In this document: positions 19,872 to 26,928 of the stretch, one piece after another | Layout: each line of letters begins with the position of its first letter | How positions within the stretch are numbered: position 1 is the first letter of the stretch | Source: an uncultured Clostridia bacterium | Lineage (GTDB): Bacteria > Bacillota > Clostridia > TANB77 > CAG-508 | Direction: 5' to 3' | Assembly (NCBI GenBank): GCA_948852945.1 | Contig: CAQPBJ010000004.1 | Coordinates: forward strand, 5,070-69,069 | Length of the DNA stretch: 64,000 nucleotides | Notes under the pieces: model-generated | Database searches by the model: none | Told to the model about the DNA's origin: nothing | What the model saw: the letters and a program-made list of their open reading frames with translations, nothing else | Made by a program: the position numbers and the translations under genes

Positions 19872-21302
19872 TTAAAATGTGTTGTCAGTATATTCATCAT
19901 AAAGCATTCTCAGCTGATTTATATATTCTTCTACTTCATCTACTGAAATTACCTTATCGGCAAACATACCAATTTTTTCTGGCGGTATTACTTTTGATAC
20001 TTCGCTGTCTAATCCTTTGATACGTTTTGAAATATAGCCTTCTCTATCGCCTGATTGGAAATAGTAATTCAAATACCATGCATAGCTATTGCCTCTGTAG
20101 TCTGCCTCTTGGCATACAATTTCCACCCTTGAACTGCTTAAAGCAGAAACCTCCACTAGTCTAGCTGTAAAATCTGCCTCTACATTTTCATTGGTTCTAT
20201 TTCTGCCATAATTTTGACCATATGCATTTTCTGTTTCTAAATCAGGAAGTTGCGCATATTTTTTATTTCCAATCCTAAGCATCGAAAAGTGCCTATTATA
20301 TCCGTCTTCATCTGGCATATAGATGCGTTCATCTTCTAATATCTCGTCTACATTTTCTGCTACTTTTGAAAACTTTATCCAAGGATTATTTAAGTCAGTA
20401 CAGTAATACACATTATAGCAGTCTCCGTCAACGCTTTGCAGATATTCATAGCTCCACTGTTTTACTTCGCCTCCATTAAAGTTTTCTGTATATATTTTTT
20501 CACTTAATCGATATAAAGAAAACTCTGAATCTTTTTGAACTAGTGTACATACGGAATCTAAGTATCGTACTTCGTCTATATCTTCTTCCTTGATACCTGT
20601 TCCATATAAGTCTACCAAACCATTGTCTAACCAGTCTGTCTTCATTTTTTCATTGTTCATAATATATCTTTCTATTTTTCTTCCATATTCTTGCCCATAA
20701 ATTACGAGCGTATCATCTCTTTTGTAGAAAGATATATATTGTTTTAATTCTTCTACTGACATTGAAGAATATGGAGAAATAGCTTCTCTGAAATAGACTT
20801 TGTAGCCGTTTTCTGCATTTTCGCAAGGCTCTATAACAACCTGATCTCTTGCATCATTGTAGTAGACTATACTTGCATCTTCGCCCATACTTAACATCTT
20901 GTCAATGTCTTTTTGGATTGCTTTTGGTACGTTGGATTGATAAGGAGATGCACTTATATCTTCAGGTTCATCATCCAGTTTATTTAATATCTCTGAATAA
21001 TGCCTTAAGATTACATCTTCCTTTTTGTCTTCCGGCCCTTTGTTCATGAGCCATAGCGTCGTTGCATAAATGCATATCAACAGCAGTATTGTTAAAATTC
21101 CTTTGCAGTTTTCGATAATTTTTACTTTCAAACTGCTTTGTACTGCTATTATAGATTGTCCGATGGCTTCTCTGCTTTCTACTGAATAATACGCTTTTTC
21201 AGATACCTTCGAACAATGCAGTTTTTGTGCTTTGGGTCTACTGTTTGGAATTTCTCTTACATTTCCCCGCCTCCCAAAGGTTTGTTGATGTTTCTTTCTC
21301 AT
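19872..21302 (-). CDS. Membrane-anchored protein of unknown function (higher-GC islet)
   Basis: RBS AGGAGG lies 8 nt before the ATG. The N-terminus is basic, followed by one TM helix (ILTILLLICIYATTLWL) and a large domain I do not recognise. Confidence 0.65.
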   Translation of the reverse strand: MRKKHQQTFGRRGNVREIPNSRPKAQKLHCSKVSEKAYYSVESREAIGQSIIAVQSSLKVKIIENCKGILTILLLICIYATTLWLMNKGPEDKKEDVILRHYSEILNKLDDEPEDISASPYQSNVPKAIQKDIDKMLSMGEDASIVYYNDARDQVVIEPCENAENGYKVYFREAISPYSSMSVEELKQYISFYKRDDTLVIYGQEYGRKIERYIMNNEKMKTDWLDNGLVDLYGTGIKEEDIDEVRYLDSVCTLVQKDSEFSLYRLSEKIYTENFNGGEVKQWSYEYLQSVDGDCYNVYYCTDLNNPWIKFSKVAENVDEILEDERIYMPDEDGYNRHFSMLRIGNKKYAQLPDLETENAYGQNYGRNRTNENVEADFTARLVEVSALSSSRVEIVCQEADYRGNSYAWYLNYYFQSGDREGYISKRIKGLDSEVSKVIPPEKIGMFADKVISVDEVEEYINQLRMLYDEYTDNTF

Positions 21303-21452
21303 GGATTTTGCCTCCTATGGTGATTTGTTTACGAGTTACAATATTAAGTTTTATTCTCTCCTTTCTGGGATACTGTTCTCCCATTATTTTTTAATTTAGT
21401 GCAGGCACTATTATAGCACGTTTTTATGAGATTGTTAATATGTAAACTAAAA

Positions 21453-21480
21453 GTTGCCAATAGGGATGTTCTTTTTGACA
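21453..21480 (+). repeat. Palindromic TTGNCAA..TTGACA box, copy A (inverted relative to B and C)
   Basis: GTTGCCAATAGGGATGTTCTTTTTGACA. It matches about 80% of the reverse complement of box B. Confidence 0.7.
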
Positions 21481-21503
21481 TAAATAGCCTTATAATATAT
21501 ATA

Positions 21504-21667
21504 CTAAATAAAATAAGATATAGTTTTAAAATTGCGCTAGCGACCAAACGAAGGTAAACAAAGTTTACCGAAGTGCGAAATTGAGCAATCTACAATATAA
21601 CAACGGAGTTGTTTATTCTGGAGATTGCGAAGAGCAAAATTTTAAAACTATATCTTATTTTATTTAG
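21504..21667 (+). repeat. Nested-palindrome repeat family, copy 2: 104-nt core (21534-21637) between perfect 30-nt inverted arms
   Basis: Arm 21504-21533 (CTAAATAAAATAAGATATAGTTTTAAAATT) is the exact reverse complement of 21638-21667. The arms are unrelated in sequence to those of copy 1. Confidence 0.85.
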
Positions 21668-21680
21668 AAATTATATTTAA

Positions 21681-21708
21681 GTTGTCAAAAAGAACGCCCC
21701 ATTGACAA
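21681..21708 (+). repeat. Palindromic TTGTCAA..TTGACAA box, copy B
   Basis: GTTGTCAAAAAGAACGCCCCATTGACAA, immediately 3' of the desulfoferrodoxin gene. Confidence 0.7.
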
Positions 21709-21709
21709 T

Positions 21710-22096
21710 TTATTTTATTTCTGTCATCCATAAACCATGTTTATTACAGTATGCATATATTTTTGTACCTTTTTCATAATGGCAACATCTTGCTACTGGC
21801 TCGTCTCCTGGTTTTAAATATGTTGTTATCTCTTTGTTTCCAAAAACAACACTTATCCATTCAATATAGTGGTCTTCATCCATTGCATGATTTACTTTTA
21901 CTACTAATTTATCATCTACAATTTCATATGTTGGCATATGTTTTTCTACTGCTGCATCTTCTGTGTTCGCCTTCATTTCTTTCATTGGTTCTCCGCAACA
22001 AACTATTCCACAACCATTACAGTTGCAGTCTTTTAATACTTTTACTGTTGCTCCACATTTTAAACATTTTTTTACTAAAATTTCTTGATTTTCCAT
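21710..22096 (-). CDS. dfx: Desulfoferrodoxin (2Fe superoxide reductase)
   Basis: The N-terminus has a desulforedoxin-like Cys cluster (CLKCGATV..CCGEPMKEM). The SOR centre shows EKHMPTYE, HAMDEDHYIEW and CNKHGLW. Confidence 0.88.
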   Translation of the reverse strand: MENQEILVKKCLKCGATVKVLKDCNCNGCGIVCCGEPMKEMKANTEDAAVEKHMPTYEIVDDKLVVKVNHAMDEDHYIEWISVVFGNKEITTYLKPGDEPVARCCHYEKGTKIYAYCNKHGLWMTEIK

Positions 22097-22134
22097 ACTT
22101 TTTTCTCCTTTTTATTTATATTTTTTGATATACA

Positions 22135-22163
22135 GTTGTCAAAAAGGTCGTCCCTATTGACAA
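22135..22163 (+). repeat. Palindromic TTGTCAA..TTGACAA box, copy C
   Basis: GTTGTCAAAAAGGTCGTCCCTATTGACAA. It lies about 40 nt upstream of the dfx start and just 3' of Tex. Confidence 0.7.
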
Positions 22164-22168
22164 GCTGT

Positions 22169-24331
22169 TTAATTATGCGTAATAGCGTCTTTCATAGATA
22201 AACTTACTTTTTGTTTTTCGGTGTCTATTCCAATTACTTTTACATCAACTATGTCTCCTACAGATACTACATCTGAAGGATTTTTAACAAAGTTATTTGA
22301 TAATTGTGATATATGTACTAATCCATCATGTTTTACACCAATATCTACAAATGCACCAAAATCTGTTACATTTCTTACTGTTCCTTTTAATATCATGTCT
22401 TCTCTTAAATCTTCAAATTTTAATACATCACTTCTTAAAATTTGTTTTGGCATATCGTCTCTTGGATCTCTTCCTGGTTTTGATAGTTCATTTATTATAT
22501 CTTGCAGTGTTAATTCTCCAACATCTAATTCTTTTGAAAGTTCTTTTACATTTACTCTTTTTAACTTCTCTCTTAATTCACTTAATTTATCATTTTTTAA
22601 TAAATCATCCACAGAATATCCCATTTTTGTTAATAAGTTTTCTGCTTTTTCATAACTTTCTGGATGAACACCTGTAACTTCTAATGGATTTTTTCCTCCA
22701 AATATTCTTAAGAACCCTGCACATTGTTCAAATGCGCTTTTACCTAGCTTTGGAACTTTTAATAATTCTTTTCTTTGTTTTAGACTTCCATTTGTATCTC
22801 TGTATTCTACAATGTTTTTGGCTATAGTTTTATTTATTCCTGACACATATGACAATAATGATGGTGTTGCTGTGTTAACATCAACCCCTACACTGTTTAC
22901 AGCATCTTCTACTACTCCTGTTAGGCTTTCTGACAATTTTTTCTGGTTTACGTCATGTTGATATTGTCCAACTCCTATTGCTTTTGGATCTATTTTTACG
23001 AGTTCTGCTAGTGGGTCTTGAAGTCTTCTTGCTATTGATATCGCTCCTCTTAGTGAAACATTTATATCTGGATATTCTTCTGTTGCAAGTTTTGATGCAG
23101 AATATACTGATGCTCCTGCTTCACTTACTATTGCATAATATAGTTCATTTTTATTTTTTGATATTAAGTCTGATATAAACATTTCTGATTCTCTTGAAGC
23201 TGTTCCATTTCCTATTGCTATCATGTTAACTTTATATTTTTCTATAAATCCTTCAATTACTTTTGTTGCGCCTACTATATCATTTTGTGGTTCTGTTGGA
23301 TATACTGTTGCCGTTTCTAACAATTTTCCATTTGAATCTATTACTGCTAATTTACATCCTGTTCTATATGCTGGGTCAAAACCTAGTACTGTTATATCTT
23401 TTATAGGTGCTTGTAATAATAGTTGTTTTGCATTTTTTCCGAATACTTTTATAGCTTTTTCTTCTGCTTTTTCTGTTAATTCTGCTCTTATTTCTCTATC
23501 TACTGATGGCTCAATTAGCCTTTTATAAGCATCTTCTATTGTTTCTGTTAATATCATATTATATTGGCTAGTTTTATCTTTTATAATATCGTTTTTAATG
23601 AAATCTATTACTTTATCATCTGGTTTTTCGATTTTTACTTTTAAAAATTCTTCTTTTTCTCCTCTGTTTATAGCTAATATTCTGTGGCTTGGTAAAGTCT
23701 TTACTAATTCATTGAATTCATAGTACATTTCATATGGTGATTTTTCTTCTTTAGCTGCTTTGGTTGTCATTACTGCTTCTCTGTTGCATAATATTTTCAT
23801 TTTCTTTCTATATTCTGCATTATCAGAAATTATTTCAGCTATTATATCTTTTGCCCCGTTTATTGCGTCATCTACTGTTTCTACACCTTTTTCGAGGTTA
23901 ATATATTCTTTAGCTATTTCTATAATATCTTTCTTTTCGTTTTGAAGATATATTATATTTGCTAATGGTTCTAAACCTTTTTCTTTAGCTATTGTTGCTC
24001 TTGTTCTTTTCTTTTGTTTATATGGTCTGTAAATATCTTCTAATTCTGATAATATTTCTGCTTTTGCTATTGCTTGAACTAGCTCGTCTGTTAATTTTCC
24101 TTGTTCATCTATTAATCTTGTTATTTCTTCTTTTCTTTCTTCTAAATTTCTTAAATATGTTAATCTTTCTCCAAACTCTCTAAGAGTCTCATCGCTTAGA
24201 TTTCCTGTTGCTTCTTTTCTATAACGTGCTATAAAAGGAATAGTGTTTCCATCGTCAATTAATTTTATAGTACTTTCTACTTGTGATTGTTTTATATTTA
24301 GCTCTGCTGCTATTTTTTCTGTTATGTTCAT
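22169..24331 (-). CDS. tex: Tex-family transcription accessory protein (S1 domain)
   Basis: 720 aa. N-terminal motif IPFIARYRKE. A YqgF/RuvC-like central region and a helix-hairpin-helix region are present. The C-terminal S1 domain reads GTVRNVTDFGAFVDIGVKHDGLVHIS. Confidence 0.9.
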   Translation of the reverse strand: MNITEKIAAELNIKQSQVESTIKLIDDGNTIPFIARYRKEATGNLSDETLREFGERLTYLRNLEERKEEITRLIDEQGKLTDELVQAIAKAEILSELEDIYRPYKQKKRTRATIAKEKGLEPLANIIYLQNEKKDIIEIAKEYINLEKGVETVDDAINGAKDIIAEIISDNAEYRKKMKILCNREAVMTTKAAKEEKSPYEMYYEFNELVKTLPSHRILAINRGEKEEFLKVKIEKPDDKVIDFIKNDIIKDKTSQYNMILTETIEDAYKRLIEPSVDREIRAELTEKAEEKAIKVFGKNAKQLLLQAPIKDITVLGFDPAYRTGCKLAVIDSNGKLLETATVYPTEPQNDIVGATKVIEGFIEKYKVNMIAIGNGTASRESEMFISDLISKNKNELYYAIVSEAGASVYSASKLATEEYPDINVSLRGAISIARRLQDPLAELVKIDPKAIGVGQYQHDVNQKKLSESLTGVVEDAVNSVGVDVNTATPSLLSYVSGINKTIAKNIVEYRDTNGSLKQRKELLKVPKLGKSAFEQCAGFLRIFGGKNPLEVTGVHPESYEKAENLLTKMGYSVDDLLKNDKLSELREKLKRVNVKELSKELDVGELTLQDIINELSKPGRDPRDDMPKQILRSDVLKFEDLREDMILKGTVRNVTDFGAFVDIGVKHDGLVHISQLSNNFVKNPSDVVSVGDIVDVKVIGIDTEKQKVSLSMKDAITHN

Positions 24332-24419
24332 AATTTCTCCTTTTCTTTTTTAAATCTTCGGTTATTATATCAAATATTTTTTTGTGTTTCAATTTGCATT
24401 TTTGTAATATTTTGTAGTA

Positions 24420-24448
24420 TTGTCACATTATGTAAAGTATGTTATAAT
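24420..24448 (+). promoter_or_regulatory. Sigma-A-type promoter
   Basis: TTGTCA (24420-24425), a 17-nt spacer, then TATAAT (24443-24448). Confidence 0.55.
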
Positions 24449-24498
24449 ATTAGCTAGCCTATAAACTTAATAACCCATACACAAGGAGGACTACAAAT

Positions 24499-24903
24499 AT
24501 GGTAGCTAACAATTTACGCTGGGTATTTTATGCGTGCCGTGGCAACGTAACCTATTTTCTTGCGGACGAAAACAACAAGCCACTTGGATTTCCTTTTCTC
24601 AGGCATCTTTCTACAGATGAGCGGAAGCTCTTAGAGAATTCAGGAATTCGATGCGTGGTGGATCCCAACAATTTTTATTATTATGATGTGGAGCTCAAGG
24701 AATATAGTGAAAGAGTGGCGATAACCGCTCCGCTTTACATCGAGGTGCGTAAAGGCAATGAGGTCGAGTTTCGAAGGGCTGGAACATACACCGATGAGTG
24801 GACTAATCTGAGGGATTATCAGTTTGTAAACGAAACTATTCTTGCAAATATTCCTGAGGGTAAAATCCATATTGCAGGTAATTATGTTCCTGTTTCTGAA
24901 TAG
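24499..24903 (+). CDS. Hypothetical protein (higher-GC islet)
   Basis: RBS AAGGAGG and a 134-aa product with no recognisable motif. It has its own promoter and a GC-rich terminator. Confidence 0.6.
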   Translation: MVANNLRWVFYACRGNVTYFLADENNKPLGFPFLRHLSTDERKLLENSGIRCVVDPNNFYYYDVELKEYSERVAITAPLYIEVRKGNEVEFRRAGTYTDEWTNLRDYQFVNETILANIPEGKIHIAGNYVPVSE

Positions 24904-24924
24904 GCTGAGGCATCAATGTTCTTT

Positions 24925-24958
24925 GGGAGCGATACGCTGTATCGCTCCCGCTTTTTTT
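24925..24958 (+). terminator. GC-rich terminator
   Basis: GGGAGCGATA / TATCGCTCCC stem followed by GCTTTTTTT. Confidence 0.85.
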
Positions 24959-25078
24959 ATATCTTAAAAATTTTACATATAAATTTATTTAATAGATTTG
25001 TTCTTTTTCCGCATAATATTTGAATTTTTTGCATAAATGTTGTATACTTATAACCAGTTTAATTTTAGGAGGTTTATA

Positions 25079-26665
25079 ATGTTAAATACTATAGGCGTTA
25101 CAGTTCGCTTTGGTAAAAGAGTATTATTCGAAGATGTTAATATTAAATTTGCTAAAGGAAATTGTTATGGAATTATCGGTGCTAATGGTGCTGGAAAATC
25201 TACTTTTTTAAAAGTTCTTTCTGGTGAATTAGAACCTAGTAAAGGTGAAGTTACATTAGACAAAGGTGAGCGTCTATCTGTTTTAAAACAAGACCACTTT
25301 GCATATGAAGATTTTAGGGTTCTTGATACTGTTATTATGGGTAATCATGAACTTTATAAGATAATGAAAGATAAAGATGAGCTTTATTCAAAGCCTGATT
25401 TTTCAGAAGAAGATGGTATGAAAGCTGCTAAGCTTGAAGAGCGTTTTGCTGAGCTTGATGGTTGGAATGCTGAATCTGACGCAGCTACTCTTTTAAATGA
25501 ATTAGGAATTGAAACTAGCTTACATGATAAATTAATGAAAGAAATTGACGCTAAAGACAAAGTTAAGGTTTTACTTGCACAAGCATTATTTGGCAATCCT
25601 GATGTATTATTACTTGACGAGCCTACTAATGACTTAGATATTAAAACTATTGACTGGCTTCAAGAATTTTTAATTAATTTTGATAATACTGTTTTAGTTG
25701 TATCTCACGATAGATATTTTTTAAATAAAGTTTGTACTCATATTGCTGATGTTGATTTTGGTAAAATTAAAGTTTATCCTGGAAACTATGATTTCTGGTA
25801 TGAATCTAGCCAACTTGCATTAAAACAAATGAGAGAACAAAATAAGAAAAAAGAGGAGAAAATCAAGGAATTACAGGAATTTATTGCTAGATTTAGTGCT
25901 AATGCTTCTAAATCTAAACAAGCTACTTCTAGAAAAAAATCTCTTGAAAAAATTGAACTTGATGAAATTAAACCTTCTAACAGAAAATATCCCTATATTG
26001 ATTTCAAACCAGATAGAGAACCTGGTAAAGAAATTTTAGAGGTTAAAAATATTTCTAAAACTCTTAATGGTGAAAAAGTTTTAGATAATATTTCTTTTAC
26101 TGTTAAAAAAGATGATAAAATTGCAATTTTATCTGATAGTGAAATTGCTAAAACAACTTTATTCCAAATTATTGCTGGAGAATTAGAACCAGATTCTGGC
26201 GAAATATCTTTTGGTACTACTATTTCTCATGATTATTTTCCAAAAGATAATAATTACTTATTTGAAGATGATATGATTTTGGTGGACTGGCTTCGTCAGT
26301 ATTCATGTGATCCTGATGAAACTTATGTTAGAAGCTTTTTAGGTAGAATGTTATTTTCTGGTGAAGAAGCTTTGAAAAATGTATCTGTTTTATCTGGTGG
26401 TGAAAAAGTTAGATGTGTTCTTTCTAAGCTTATGCTTTCTGGGGCTAATTTCTTAATTTTCGATGAACCTACTAACCATTTGGATATGGAAAGTATTACT
26501 GCTTTAAATGAGGGTATGACTAAATTTAAAGGTAATTTAATTTTTACTTCTCATGACCATCAATTGACTCAAACTGTTGCTAATAAAATTATTGATTTGA
26601 ATAATCATAAAGTTGTTGTTCGTGAATGTGAATATGACCAATATTTAGAGGAAATTAATAAATAA
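25079..26665 (+). CDS. ABC-F family ATPase (two fused ABC domains, no TM domain)
   Basis: RBS AGGAGG precedes ATG 25079. There are two Walker A motifs (GANGAGKST and a degenerate second site) and two signatures (the second is LSGGEKVR). The Walker B contexts are LLLDEPTNDLD and LIFDEPTNHLD. A charged linker (REQNKKKEEKIKELQEFI) joins the halves. Confidence 0.88.
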   Translation: MLNTIGVTVRFGKRVLFEDVNIKFAKGNCYGIIGANGAGKSTFLKVLSGELEPSKGEVTLDKGERLSVLKQDHFAYEDFRVLDTVIMGNHELYKIMKDKDELYSKPDFSEEDGMKAAKLEERFAELDGWNAESDAATLLNELGIETSLHDKLMKEIDAKDKVKVLLAQALFGNPDVLLLDEPTNDLDIKTIDWLQEFLINFDNTVLVVSHDRYFLNKVCTHIADVDFGKIKVYPGNYDFWYESSQLALKQMREQNKKKEEKIKELQEFIARFSANASKSKQATSRKKSLEKIELDEIKPSNRKYPYIDFKPDREPGKEILEVKNISKTLNGEKVLDNISFTVKKDDKIAILSDSEIAKTTLFQIIAGELEPDSGEISFGTTISHDYFPKDNNYLFEDDMILVDWLRQYSCDPDETYVRSFLGRMLFSGEEALKNVSVLSGGEKVRCVLSKLMLSGANFLIFDEPTNHLDMESITALNEGMTKFKGNLIFTSHDHQLTQTVANKIIDLNNHKVVVRECEYDQYLEEINK

Positions 26666-26692
26666 AATACTTTTTTGAATAAATTTTGTAAT

Positions 26693-26721
26693 TTGACATA
26701 TTATAGAAATTAAGCTATAAT
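26693..26721 (+). promoter_or_regulatory. Consensus sigma-A promoter with no downstream protein gene
   Basis: TTGACA (26693-26698), exactly 17 nt, then TATAAT (26716-26721). Confidence 0.65.
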
Positions 26722-26727
26722 GTATTT

Positions 26728-26796
26728 AGCTTAAGCAAATCAAAGGAACTCAAATGATTTGCACCGAGATTATGTGTCCGCATAATCTCTTTTTTA
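26728..26796 (+). ncRNA. Candidate small RNA of about 70 nt
   Basis: It lies between the consensus promoter and a terminator (GAGATTATG-TGTCCG-CATAATCTC plus T6, 26766-26796). An internal hairpin reads GCAAATCA-AAGGAACTCAAA-TGATTTGC. The next + strand gene is 16 kb away. Confidence 0.4.
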
Positions 26797-26825
26797 TTTT
26801 ACAATTACTTTTTATAAAAAATAAT

Positions 26826-26855
26826 GACGGAGAATTTTATTATTCTCCGTCTTTT
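26826..26855. terminator. Bidirectional terminator that serves the giant gene on the minus strand
   Basis: GACGGAGAAT / ATTCTCCGTC stem. It is followed by TTTTATTTT on the + strand and ATTATTTTTT on the minus strand. Confidence 0.75.
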
Positions 26856-26928
26856 ATTTTAGCTTTATTAATGAAGTTAAAACTTCGTTTTAACAAATGA
26901 TACTGTAACAAGCATAGCTTTAACAGTA

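Noticed and set aside
21344-21547. 67-aa minus-strand ORF
   Set aside because: It runs through box A and the left arm and core of the nested palindrome. It has no RBS and its composition is non-protein-like.
17493-21667. Known explanations considered for the core-plus-arms repeats: retron msr/msd, 6S RNA, an IS110-type bridge RNA, a riboswitch
   Set aside because: - No reverse transcriptase or IS110-family recombinase gene is nearby.
- No riboswitch consensus I know is present (T-box, SAM, c-di-GMP, guanidine, ZTP and others).
- The core is hairpin-rich rather than forming an open 6S-type bubble.

None of these can be supported from the sequence alone, so the element is left unclassified.
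22107-22142. A TTGACA-17-ATAAAT promoter for dfx inside box C
   Set aside because: The predicted transcription start would fall inside the AAGGAG ribosome binding site at 22105-22110, leaving no usable leader. I therefore do not claim it as the dfx promoter.
26754-26900. 48-codon hydrophobic ORF (MICTEIMCPHNLFFILQ...) starting in the sRNA candidate, considered as a possible type I toxin
   Set aside because: The frame reads straight through two strong terminator hairpins before reaching its stop. A transcript ending at either terminator could not encode it.
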